A stretch of 64,000 bases of DNA, taken from contig CAZUNO010000014.1 in the NCBI GenBank assembly GCA_964621445.1, forward strand, positions 1 to 64,000, in the 5' to 3' direction. The notes beneath the pieces were generated by a model. It worked only from the letters and a program-made list of their open reading frames with translations, ran no database searches and was not told the DNA's origin. This stretch comes from Candidatus Hadarchaeota archaeon. GTDB lineage: Archaea > CAYQAE01 > CAYVLA01. A program made the translations under genes and the position numbers. Position 1 is the stretch's first letter, and each line of letters starts with the position of its first letter. Positions 29,712-38,955 of the stretch are shown here, piece after piece.

Positions 29712-30895
29712 ACCCTTCTCAGCCTGGTTACTCGTACTTCCCTCTGCATCCTCCTGCGAATCATGAGGGACCATAGGACGAGTCCGGAGATTATGGCCGT
29801 GGAGGTAACCGCTAGCCACTCGGAAAGATAGACCCAGAACAGGGCCTCCTCCTTTAGGCTGGCCGCCTCCTGAGATATGACCCTGACCTCCTCGGACACC
29901 GATTCAAGGAAATCTATGGCCGGTTGGTAGTCCTGGTCGGCGTAATCGTCTATGGCCTCACCCATGCTGCTTTCGATGACCATCAGCTCGTTGGCCAGGG
30001 GCATGCTGTTGGCACCGAAGTTATCAGCCCACTCTATCATGGATAGTATGATGGATTTCTGGGTCTGTATGTTCCTGAACATCCGCCTCGCCTCCCGCCT
30101 GGCCGGTATGTCCGAGATCAGGTCCATTTCCAGGGAGTAGAAGACCATGTTGGTGGCCACATCCAGGGCGTAGGGGTTCTTCTCCTCCGTCCACCAGTCG
30201 TCGAATATGTGAGACACCACCCACTGCATTCCCGGGTTTCCCCCGCCTGGCCTCCAGGAAACCAGCCATGGCTGGCCGTAAGGAACTATATCCGCCCATA
30301 TGGTCGCTCCCTGTTTGACCTTCATGTCCGTGAACTGGTCCCCTACCACATCCTCGATTCCGTACTTCAGAAAAGGGGTGAAAACCGGGTGTCGGTTGGT
30401 CCTGAAATCCACCTTGTAGCTCCTGAAGTGAGGACTCACGCTTCCATGCTCGGATATGGGGACCACCTCGCGCAGTATTGTGGCCTCCCACGCGTAGTCC
30501 CATCCCAGGCACAGGCCACAGAAAGCGGTCATCTCCGCCTCACGGAAGGCATAGTCCAGGTCATGTAGCTTCCTAGTGGTCAGATGCTGGATGCGCGCAT
30601 CGTGAAAGACCATCACGTCGTATTGATCGATGAGCATACCCCTGGTACGGGGATAATACACCCTGTCCAGCTTTCGTTTACCCCTACCTGAGAGGTCCGG
30701 GGGGAGGGGATAGATGTCATAGGTAAATATGGGATCCCGTATGAACAGAACTCTGAATGGGTTATCCCACATGTAACCGGAGTGGCCAATCACGAAGCCG
30801 GATATCCGTTCCGGTCTAAGGGCCTGTGATCCAGGGACGACCAGGACCAGCACGGTGATTATGAGCCAGACTAATGCCCCGGGGTTATTGCGAAT
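29708..30895 (-). CDS. Secreted membrane-anchored protein, YxPR / EW-RRxxTR-tail family (probable ATT/ATA start)
   Basis: RVYYPR, WEATILREVVP, WADNFGANS, and tail ALFWVYLSEWLAVTST...RRRMQREVRVTR. The frame is open upstream of GTG 30853 to give signal RNNPGALVWLIITVLVLVVPGSQA after GGAG. Confidence 0.85.
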   Translation of the reverse strand: MRNNPGALVWLIITVLVLVVPGSQALRPERISGFVIGHSGYMWDNPFRVLFIRDPIFTYDIYPLPPDLSGRGKRKLDRVYYPRTRGMLIDQYDVMVFHDARIQHLTTRKLHDLDYAFREAEMTAFCGLCLGWDYAWEATILREVVPISEHGSVSPHFRSYKVDFRTNRHPVFTPFLKYGIEDVVGDQFTDMKVKQGATIWADIVPYGQPWLVSWRPGGGNPGMQWVVSHIFDDWWTEEKNPYALDVATNMVFYSLEMDLISDIPARREARRMFRNIQTQKSIILSMIEWADNFGANSMPLANELMVIESSMGEAIDDYADQDYQPAIDFLESVSEEVRVISQEAASLKEEALFWVYLSEWLAVTSTAIISGLVLWSLMIRRRMQREVRVTRLRRV

Positions 30896-31011
30896 TATAT
30901 CTCCACGCCTGCAACTATGATGTTCATTTCCTATTTTATTCTTGCGGCTCCCCAGCCGGAGAGATGGCTCGACTACGCAGGTTAATAAGAAGGTAAAAAG
31001 TAAAGGGCCAT

Positions 31012-32265
31012 GTGATGACCGCTGGTTGGTCTCGTTTGTTCTGGTGTTTGGCTCTTTTTCTGGCCATTGCTTCCCTGCAGCCGGGGTTCGCCCAGGAGGG
31101 TAGGATCGGGGTTCTATACGCGGGTGGCATAATGCGCTCCGCCCCCTTCCGGGAGATGGTGTCCGATCCTCTCTTTTCCATCACCTTTGTTTCGGCATCC
31201 CTGCGTGGTTTTGGAGGGTGGGAGATAGACGATGTGCAGCGGGCAGTAAGGATGTACATGCCCAGGACCTATGAACGGATCCGGGAATTCGACGCGATCG
31301 TGCTGGGCAATGCTAACCGGTTTGCCGTAGGGTCACGCAAAATCGAGATGATGGCCAGGAGCGTGAGAGAGGGCGGGCTCTCCCTGCTCATGTCCGGCGG
31401 CTGGGAGAGCTTCGGGGGGGTATTTGGGCGGCCCTCGTGGAGCGATACGGCGATAGCGGAACTTCTACCAACCGAGGATGTTATCGATACCTGGGTCCAG
31501 TACCCTAGAGGCTATCTCCTCCTGGAGATAGACCAGAAGAATCACGAGTTGATGGGAAGCGTGGCCTGGCACGGCCAGGCCGAGGGGACCCAGAACATGT
31601 GGAGGGACTTCCACCACAACCTGGTGAAGCTTAGGCAGGGGGCGACTCTCCTAGCCCACGTTCGTAGCCTGGATTTCGAAAACCACCCCGCCATGGTGAC
31701 CTGGGAGTTGGACAACGGCGCTCGAACCTTTTCGTTGACCGGGGAGATCCACACATTCTCCCGCCCAAATGTATGGGAATACAGTTTGGACTTCGGAAGC
31801 AACCTTATGATCTACCTGGATGGAAGGCCGGTGCCTCAGGACCTGGAACTGATCCACACCGTGAGGCAGAAGATGGTTGAGGTCAGGACCAGAAAATCTC
31901 TTCTCCTGGGGCTACTTGACTTTTGTAACTCAGTGGGGGCCAACACCGAGGAGATGATGGCGAGGATCGACAGTGTGGATAACAGGATATCCGGGATCAT
32001 GCCCGATTACCTGGGCCTCCGCTTCCAGAAGGTGTTGGAGGTATACCAGGAAGTGGAAATAGACCTAGAGGAGATGGAAAGGGATGCCATAAAGCTGAAG
32101 GACAGGGCACTCCTTTGGGTCTACATAATCGAGTGGCTGTCGGTGACCGGCGTGGGGATGGCCTGCGGTTTCTTTCTATGGTCGGTCATGATCCGTCGCA
32201 GGCTATATAGGACGGTGGGAACAACCAGGTTGTACCTGTCCGGAGATAAGACAATTGATCGCTAG
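31012..32265 (+). CDS. Secreted membrane-anchored GATase1/DUF1355-like protein, YxPR / EW-RRxxTR-tail family
   Basis: Signal peptide, RMYMPR, GGLSLLMSGGWESFGG...WSDTAIAELLP (DUF1355-like), FCNSVGANT, and tail ALLWVYIIEWLSVTG...RRRLYRTVGTTR. Confidence 0.88.
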   Translation: MMTAGWSRLFWCLALFLAIASLQPGFAQEGRIGVLYAGGIMRSAPFREMVSDPLFSITFVSASLRGFGGWEIDDVQRAVRMYMPRTYERIREFDAIVLGNANRFAVGSRKIEMMARSVREGGLSLLMSGGWESFGGVFGRPSWSDTAIAELLPTEDVIDTWVQYPRGYLLLEIDQKNHELMGSVAWHGQAEGTQNMWRDFHHNLVKLRQGATLLAHVRSLDFENHPAMVTWELDNGARTFSLTGEIHTFSRPNVWEYSLDFGSNLMIYLDGRPVPQDLELIHTVRQKMVEVRTRKSLLLGLLDFCNSVGANTEEMMARIDSVDNRISGIMPDYLGLRFQKVLEVYQEVEIDLEEMERDAIKLKDRALLWVYIIEWLSVTGVGMACGFFLWSVMIRRRLYRTVGTTRLYLSGDKTIDR

Positions 32266-32354
32266 TTCCGGTTCCGGCAGTCAGGGTAATTGACATTTTA
32301 CAGGAATTTATTGATAGGGAACACATAAAGAGGTTAGAGGGTCCAGGTTTTGCC

Positions 32355-33413
32355 ATGATATACAAGAACGTTGAGCTCCACAACGTGGCCCAGGTCCGTA
32401 AGTTCGGTGACGGTCCGGGGGTTCGCCTGCAGAGAATCCCGGAAAGGGTTCGGAGAAACCTCAGTCCACGGGGACAGGAGAAGATGCTGGAACCGGCCTC
32501 GGCCGAGATTCGATTCCTGTGCGATGGGTCCAGTGCCCAGGTAAGCCTGTCCTCTCAGGGGATAACCGATTTACAGCTATTCCATGGTCCCTTCCAGACC
32601 ACCACCACATTTAGGATAACCCAGGACATGGAGACCATCGAGGTCTCTATGCCCCCTGCCCTCACCTCTCTCCCGGAGAGATTCCGGAAATCGATACCCT
32701 TTTCTCCCGAAGTCTACCGACTGGTTATGGGAGGTCCAAACAGGTCACCCATCGTATTTCACGGGGCCCGGGGGGAGAACCTTAGACCTCCCGGGAAGGA
32801 GAACCTTCCGAGCAAGCGGTATCTGGCCTACGGTACCTCGATTACCCACGGGGCACATGCCACAGGGGCCCATCTGAGCTATGCCAGCCAGACGGCAACC
32901 AGGCTGGGCGTGGACCTCATCAATCTTGGTTCGGGGGGATCGGCATTCTGCGAAAAGGAGATGGCGGATTACATCGCCGGTCGCGAGGACTGGGATTTTG
33001 TCACCCTTTCCCTGTCGGTGAACATGATTGGGGGCGGCTTTTCGGTCCGGGAGTTCAGAGATAGGGTGTCCTACATGATCGAAACCATAGCCGGGAACAA
33101 TTCCAAACGTCCCGTCGTGTGCATCACCATCCTCCCCCACGTTCGTGATATCCTCCCCGGATTCCCAACCGCGGTTGAGAAGGCGACCGCGGGTCAGTTC
33201 CGTCAGCAGCTGCGGGAAGCGGTGGCCGGTTGCGACAAGGGAAGAGTCCACCTGGTGGAGGGAAGTGATCTGCTGACCGGTATCGGGGGTCTAACCCCAG
33301 ATCTGGTTCATCCCGGGGATAACGGGATGATCATGATCGGTGAGAACCTGGCGGGTAAGCTAAGCAAGATCCTGGAATCGGAACACCAAGATGAGGATTC
33401 AAGCGGGGAGTGA
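32355..33413 (+). CDS. SGNH/GDSL esterase
   Basis: YGTSITHG block I, NLGSGGSA, SVN, DLVHP catalytic DxxH. Confidence 0.9.
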   Translation: MIYKNVELHNVAQVRKFGDGPGVRLQRIPERVRRNLSPRGQEKMLEPASAEIRFLCDGSSAQVSLSSQGITDLQLFHGPFQTTTTFRITQDMETIEVSMPPALTSLPERFRKSIPFSPEVYRLVMGGPNRSPIVFHGARGENLRPPGKENLPSKRYLAYGTSITHGAHATGAHLSYASQTATRLGVDLINLGSGGSAFCEKEMADYIAGREDWDFVTLSLSVNMIGGGFSVREFRDRVSYMIETIAGNNSKRPVVCITILPHVRDILPGFPTAVEKATAGQFRQQLREAVAGCDKGRVHLVEGSDLLTGIGGLTPDLVHPGDNGMIMIGENLAGKLSKILESEHQDEDSSGE

Positions 33414-33442
33414 ACCACGATTATTAGATATGGATTGAGAGA

Positions 33443-33830
33443 TTAGGCTAGTCTCTCTTTCCCGGAGTAAATCTCCTCCACATGAAGGACCGCCGCCTCC
33501 TTGGGTTTCATATCCTGGTTATTGCTTTGGACCCATTCGACGCAGTCCTGGTAAACGGGTCCTTCGGTCTTCAATTCGACTTTTCCCTTAACCTGGTAGC
33601 AATCGTCTATCGAATCTCCCCAGAAGGTCACGGCCATGACCGGGTTTGCATCCAGGTTCTTCCGGGTCTTATAGAAGAAGTTATCCGCGAGTTGCAGGGT
33701 CTCGTCGTCAAGAGACCTGAGGTAGGACACGTAGATCAGATTGGGCTTGCCCCCGGGTGATGCCGTGGCTACGGGGAACGGTTTCAGCTTGCCTATAATT
33801 CTCTATTACCTCTGTTGGTATCTTAGCCAT
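33443..33830 (-). pseudogene. Pyridoxamine 5'-phosphate oxidase-like FMN-binding protein, frameshifted near 33799
   Basis: ATG 33830 gives MAKIPTEVIE; one extra A precedes IIGKLKPFPVATASPGGKPNLIYVSYLR...ADNFFYKTRKNL. Confidence 0.78.
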
Positions 33831-33910
33831 TATCCAATGCTCCTTTTATCGTGGTGAGGGCCAACATCCATACCTCGATTCTTAAGTCTAACCACAGAGT
33901 TCTGGTGGAT

Positions 33911-35950
33911 CTATCCCAGATTCAGTATGCGTGCCGATCTAGATTCCATGTCAAGCTCCAGATGAAGACGTTGACCAGAGAGCTGTGGGTTTTCTTCATC
34001 GAGATCCTCGTTTCGACATATCTCCCTGGCTCTATCCGCGGATAATCCCGATCTCTCGATAGGTATACCTATCCCCAGCTCGGTATCCACGTCGCCCATG
34101 TTGCAGGCCGCTAGGCCAATCTGGCCCGAGGGGGACCGCCAGGTGGTGGCTCCTGCCACCGGCACGCGGATCTTCCACTCCCGATCCCAGAGCTTCCAGG
34201 TGGTTGTGATGGTTGAGGAGTCGGTCTCAGGCGGTCTCAGCATTCTGCCATAGGTCAAAAACTCCTTGCCCCGTAATCTGGTTTTGGCAAGGGACTTCAG
34301 GTACTCGGCCTCCGACCTGAATCCAGGCTTCAGGATATCTGGTCCCAACCACCCGAGCTGGGTGCCCCATAGGAACATCTGTGATACCTTAGACCGGAAG
34401 GGCCAGACTTTCTCCAGGTCCTCCGGAAAGATGTAGGCCCCGAAGAGTAGGATAAGGTCCCCGTAGACAGCTGGGTACATGGGAACCAGCTGACCCTCGG
34501 TTGAGTTGCACATGAGAAGGGCGTGCAGAAGATCGTTCCAGGGCTCGGCGTTGGACTCGGTAGTGATGAAGAAATCCGGGCGATCCGGGCTCAATTCCTC
34601 CCCTATTTCCTCAAGCATCTTCCTGTAACCCGCCACCCAGTAGGCGCCGCCTCCAAGGGGATGTCCATGCTCCTCATCCAAGCACAGGCTGGGCGCGGCC
34701 GCCGCGATCTGGTCCAGGTATACGCCGCTGACCCCATACTCACGGGCCAGTTCGGAGACTATTTCCTTGATCTTGTTTCTCCACAGTTGGGTTTGGGGAC
34801 ACATGGGGGAGAGGGGGACCCCCGACCCGTAGACCTCGCTATATGTGCTACCATCAGGCTTCTTTGTCGCGGCCTTCTGCGCCTCCTCATTTTTCCAGCT
34901 GTCGGTTCCCGGGTCCCATAGCCTGGCGTTTATGTAGGGCATGACCCGTATCCCAGCCTTCACCAATCTTTCAACCCCTCGTCTAAAACCGGGCTTGGGC
35001 GGGAAGTACTCCGGGTAGTGGTCGTCAAAGGGAATACGGTGCCAGATATACCAGTGAAGGGCTACGGGTACCTCGAAGAATTCCGCGAACTCCAGCACAT
35101 CGGGGACGACATCATCGGCCTCTCCCGAGGTACGGCACCAGAGGCAGATATCGTTTAGCCCCCCTGGTATCTCCCTGCGGTGAAGGGGACCGGCAGAGCA
35201 CCACTTCCTCTTTACAGCCCAACGGCGATACCTACTGGCAACATCGTACCAGTTCCCATCGACGATGTCAACGAGACTACTGTAGGGAAGGCTGAAGGAC
35301 CGCCTATCCGGCCCCATGTCCGGGACCGGTAGCTTGAAGCTGGCCATTGGCCCTCGCCCGAAAATCAGGTGCTTCGTGCGGTTTTCCGGGTCATGACACC
35401 CGAGATAAAGCGAGCTGGAGTCGATATTCCAGGAAAGGAACTGCATGTTACACCTGTGCGATGGGTATCTACCCTCGTACTCCAAATCCTCATCGAAGGG
35501 CATTGACTTGCCGTATCCCCAGGGCGCATATAGATTCCCTTTCCCCTGGAGCCCACTTACCATCGGGAACTGGACCTCCCAGAGCCTCGCCCCTTTCCCA
35601 AAACGGGATTCGAATTCTAGACGAAGGCCCTCCCCAGTATCGATCTCCCCCCTCACCCTCACGGTTGCTGGAATCCCGTTGACATCGAGGGAATCCCATA
35701 TAATCTCGAAAGCCTCTCCATTACGCCTGGCGGAGGCGGGAAGTCCGGAACTGGAGACCTCTTTGATCTCCTTATCATCCCTAAAACTCAATGTCCACAG
35801 GGGGTCTTCCGGTGATCCCCTGACCAAATCGAGATCCCGTTTCCTGTCCGATACCGAATGCAGGTACCGGCCCTCTCTATTTGAGGAGAGGGTAACCCTC
35901 ATTCGGTTGTTGCTAAGATGGATGTCCTCTTCCGGGTCAATATCCTCCAT
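33911..35950 (-). CDS. DUF6259-like putative glycoside hydrolase
   Basis: HWYIWHRIPFDDHYPEYFPP, MPYINARLWD, GVYLDQIAA, HGHPLGGG. Confidence 0.75.
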   Translation of the reverse strand: MEDIDPEEDIHLSNNRMRVTLSSNREGRYLHSVSDRKRDLDLVRGSPEDPLWTLSFRDDKEIKEVSSSGLPASARRNGEAFEIIWDSLDVNGIPATVRVRGEIDTGEGLRLEFESRFGKGARLWEVQFPMVSGLQGKGNLYAPWGYGKSMPFDEDLEYEGRYPSHRCNMQFLSWNIDSSSLYLGCHDPENRTKHLIFGRGPMASFKLPVPDMGPDRRSFSLPYSSLVDIVDGNWYDVASRYRRWAVKRKWCSAGPLHRREIPGGLNDICLWCRTSGEADDVVPDVLEFAEFFEVPVALHWYIWHRIPFDDHYPEYFPPKPGFRRGVERLVKAGIRVMPYINARLWDPGTDSWKNEEAQKAATKKPDGSTYSEVYGSGVPLSPMCPQTQLWRNKIKEIVSELAREYGVSGVYLDQIAAAAPSLCLDEEHGHPLGGGAYWVAGYRKMLEEIGEELSPDRPDFFITTESNAEPWNDLLHALLMCNSTEGQLVPMYPAVYGDLILLFGAYIFPEDLEKVWPFRSKVSQMFLWGTQLGWLGPDILKPGFRSEAEYLKSLAKTRLRGKEFLTYGRMLRPPETDSSTITTTWKLWDREWKIRVPVAGATTWRSPSGQIGLAACNMGDVDTELGIGIPIERSGLSADRAREICRNEDLDEENPQLSGQRLHLELDMESRSARILNLG

Positions 35951-36083
35951 CGTCTCACCTTCGCGCTAGGGAAAGACGTTTTTGAGGGTTCATTTGGGGA
36001 TATAAGTTTCATCCAAAGGCAAAACACTTCAGGCCCCGGCAAGGAGCTTTTCTGTAAATGGTCGCTCTGCGGAGAGGATATGC

Positions 36084-36254
36084 TTGGTAAAGGATCTCAG
36101 GGAAAAGGTACAGTGGTGCCCGTTGGTAAGCGCCTGTCCTAGATGGGATAGCGGTAGCGAGAAATGCATGTGTCCCCTGGTCAGGGAGATGCTGAAGACC
36201 GCGCAGGGCAAGGAGGTCTGGAGGAGAATGGTCGATGGCCAGGATCTGGATTGA
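36084..36254 (+). CDS. Unannotated 56-aa Cys-containing small protein
   Basis: TTG start after GGAGAGGA: MVKDLREKVQWCPLVSACPRWDSGSEKCMCPLVREMLKTAQGKEVWRRMVDGQDLD*. Codons resemble host usage (many G/C third positions). Below the ORF-track cutoff. Confidence 0.55.
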   Translation: MVKDLREKVQWCPLVSACPRWDSGSEKCMCPLVREMLKTAQGKEVWRRMVDGQDLD

Positions 36255-36319
36255 TTGCCCCGGCAAGAATCAATACCATCTATAAAAGACGCCCCTTGAC
36301 CACCAAGAGGTAGATACGC

Positions 36320-37612
36320 ATGGCCAATGAGACCGATAGGCCCAACATCCTCTTCATCCTGTCAGACGATCACGGATATGGTGACCTGTCATCATACGAC
36401 GGTTCAAACATCCAGACTCCCAACATGGACCGCATCTCTCGCGACGGTATGAGGTTCTCCCACTTCTATGCCAATTCATCGGTCTGTTCACCCAGTCGAG
36501 CCTCCCTGATGACCGGTCGATACCCGGACCGGGTTGGGGTCCCAGGAGTGATCCGCACCCATGCAGAGAACAGCTGGGGGTATTTCAGCCAGGACGCGAT
36601 TACCCTTCCTGAAATGCTGAACCAGGCCGGGTACAGGAGCTTGATGGTGGGCAAGTGGCACCTGGGCCTGGAGCCCGAAAACCACCCCTGCCGACGTGGA
36701 TTCTCGAGCTTCCGGGGCTTCCTGGGAGACATGATGGACGACTACTACACCCATCTAAGGCACGGCTATAATTACATGAGGGACGGGGAGACCGAGGTCA
36801 AGCCCAGGGGCCACGCCACGGATATTTTCACCAGGTGGGCGGTGGAGACCCTAAACGATCAGAAGAACTCGAACTCCCCCTTCTTCCTCTACCTTGCCTA
36901 CAACGCGCCACACACCCCGATTCAACCGCCCGAGGAATGGGTGAAACGGGTCCGCAGAAGGGAACCGGACGCCCCTGCTGACAGGATTAACTACGCGGCT
37001 CTGGTGGAACACATGGACCATGGTATAGGTCAGGTCCTCGACGCCCTCGAAAACACCGGGCAGCTGGAGAACACCCTGGTCTTCTATGCCTCCGATAACG
37101 GGGGATTGTTGAGGGCCGGTGCCAGCAACGGGCCGCTACGGGGGAATAAGGGGGACATGTACGAGGGTGGGATCAGGGTCCCGGCTTGCGCCATGTGGCC
37201 CGGCCATATCCCCGAAAACTCGGTCACCGATCATGTCTCGATGCTCATGGACATACTTCCAACCTTTTGCAAACTAACGGGGGCGGAGTTGGACCATGAG
37301 ATCGAGGGTTCCTCGATTCTGGGTACTCTACTTGGGGAAGGTCATAACCCCTCACCACGTACCCTGTACTGGTTGAGAAGGGATGGCTACCAGCGTTTCC
37401 AGGGATTGTGCCAGCACGCGGTCAGAAAGGGGGATCTCAAGCTTCTACATAATGGCCCATTCGAACCCCTTGAGTTATTTGACCTGGAATCCGAACAGGG
37501 TGAACGAGAGGAGATCTCGGATATGCGGGAGGAGGAGTTCCAGGACCTGTCCTCTATACTGAGGGAACATATACACGCCGCTGGTTCCGTGCCCTGGCAG
37601 AAGCGGAAATAA
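36320..37612 (+). CDS. Arylsulfatase-like sulfatase (Cys-type)
   Basis: RPNILFILSDDHGYGD, CSPSRASLMTG, GKWHLG, APH, SDNG. Confidence 0.95.
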   Translation: MANETDRPNILFILSDDHGYGDLSSYDGSNIQTPNMDRISRDGMRFSHFYANSSVCSPSRASLMTGRYPDRVGVPGVIRTHAENSWGYFSQDAITLPEMLNQAGYRSLMVGKWHLGLEPENHPCRRGFSSFRGFLGDMMDDYYTHLRHGYNYMRDGETEVKPRGHATDIFTRWAVETLNDQKNSNSPFFLYLAYNAPHTPIQPPEEWVKRVRRREPDAPADRINYAALVEHMDHGIGQVLDALENTGQLENTLVFYASDNGGLLRAGASNGPLRGNKGDMYEGGIRVPACAMWPGHIPENSVTDHVSMLMDILPTFCKLTGAELDHEIEGSSILGTLLGEGHNPSPRTLYWLRRDGYQRFQGLCQHAVRKGDLKLLHNGPFEPLELFDLESEQGEREEISDMREEEFQDLSSILREHIHAAGSVPWQKRK

Positions 37613-37642
37613 CTCCCCTACTTCTCTTTAGGCTGGTATGGG

Positions 37643-37987
37643 TCATAATTGTAAGGAGTCAAGCTTTTCAATGGTCTTTTCGACGATCACCCTCTGGTTA
37701 TTGAAATGCTTGCCCATCCTGTTGATGAAGGCCTTCTTGTCCTCAGGGGTGTCATAGTAATCCATTAAATCCAGAGTCATCTGCAGGTTTTTCTCTATCT
37801 CTTCCCCGACCTTTTCGCTATCGTGCCTGACTGCGTCCTGGGGGCAGACATCGTGGCATTTTCCACATCGGATGCACTCGGTCATGTCTATGCTAGCAGC
37901 GTCATCCGCTAGAGCTATGGCACCTGTCGGGCATTCGTCCACGCATACTCCACACGAGATACAGTCGTCTTTCTTTATCCAGGGCAT
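37643..37987 (-). CDS. 2x[4Fe-4S] ferredoxin-domain protein
   Basis: CISCGVCVDECP and CIRCGKCHDVCP plus a helical tail. Confidence 0.88.
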   Translation of the reverse strand: MPWIKKDDCISCGVCVDECPTGAIALADDAASIDMTECIRCGKCHDVCPQDAVRHDSEKVGEEIEKNLQMTLDLMDYYDTPEDKKAFINRMGKHFNNQRVIVEKTIEKLDSLQL

Positions 37988-38037
37988 GTGTAATGCCGAC
38001 TCCGGGCACATTTAAGTGTGCCTATGCACGAAAGTGC
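37983..38037. promoter_or_regulatory. Compact bidirectional promoter with three GGCA/TGCC-type inverted repeats
   Basis: GGCAT-N5-ATGCC (37983-37997), GGCACA-TTTAAG-TGTGCC (38005-38022) and GCAC-GAAA-GTGC (38026-38037) between divergent ferredoxin genes. Confidence 0.6.
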
Positions 38038-38044
38038 CCTGGAT

Positions 38045-38314
38045 ATGATGGAGGTAAGAAAGGAGCTATGTCGAGGCTGTGGGCTGTGCGTGAACGCCTG
38101 CCCCAGGGGAGCTATCACCGTGGAATCGGGAAAGGCCGAGATATCCCGGGAACTATGCGACGAGTGCATGTCCTGTGTGACCGCATGTCCCAATAGGGCA
38201 ATAGTCAATATCTCCCAGGAACCCCTGAAGGATACGGCCATGGAGTTATCCCGGATTGAGGCCCAGTTGAAGAGGATGAGGACACGGCTGGCACGTTTAG
38301 AGCGGTATGGATAG
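38045..38314 (+). CDS. 2x[4Fe-4S] ferredoxin with C-terminal coiled coil
   Basis: CRGCGLCVNACP and CDECMSCVTACP, then LSRIEAQLKRMRTRLARLE. Confidence 0.88.
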   Translation: MMEVRKELCRGCGLCVNACPRGAITVESGKAEISRELCDECMSCVTACPNRAIVNISQEPLKDTAMELSRIEAQLKRMRTRLARLERYG

Positions 38315-38332
38315 GTAGCCCGATACATTTTT

Positions 38333-38821
38333 TCATCCCTGGACCAGGTATTTGGTTTCCTCCCATATCTCGGGGTGATCCCTGATGAGGGCGCCGTCTG
38401 CCATTTCATTCCAGGCATAGAGATAGATGTAGGGAGGGGAATATTTGCTGCACAGGGATTATAGCGTTTCCGGCCGCTCAACCAGGATATCTCCCTCCAC
38501 GGGGGTTATGAAGGCAGTTATCCTGCCGGGGAATAGCCGCTCAAATAGGGATAGCTCGGCCTCCATGCACAGCTTCACCTCCTGGGGAGACTTACAGTAG
38601 AGATCATTGCTTACTACGAAGTTATCGGCGTTACCCCTCCCCCTGGAAATCTGGCACTTAGTGAGGCTCGATCGGCCTGGGGTGACAGAGCCATCTGGAT
38701 AAACTTCCTTCAGCCCATATTCTTCAGGGGCAAAAAGGGTATAGAGGACTATACAAAATCCATGCTTGGGACATTTCGGAGGATATCCATCCCGACCACT
38801 ACAGAAAGGGGATGCTTTCAC
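38333..38821 (-). pseudogene. Degraded gene fragment with an internal TAA (38459)
   Basis: The frame continues past the stop as SLCSKYSPPYIYLYAWNEMADGALIRDHPEIWEE. The WNE..DG pattern is reminiscent of GH barrels. Weak. Confidence 0.35.
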
Positions 38822-38955
38822 TTACCCGGGTAATACAGTCCCATGGCAGATTGCCCCTGGAGATTGAGGAGGGATAAGTGGAAAACCACCCTGAGCGGTG
38901 GAGGTCTGCATTTCACTTTTCAGCAATGGAATTGATACCATACAAGGTGTACTTC

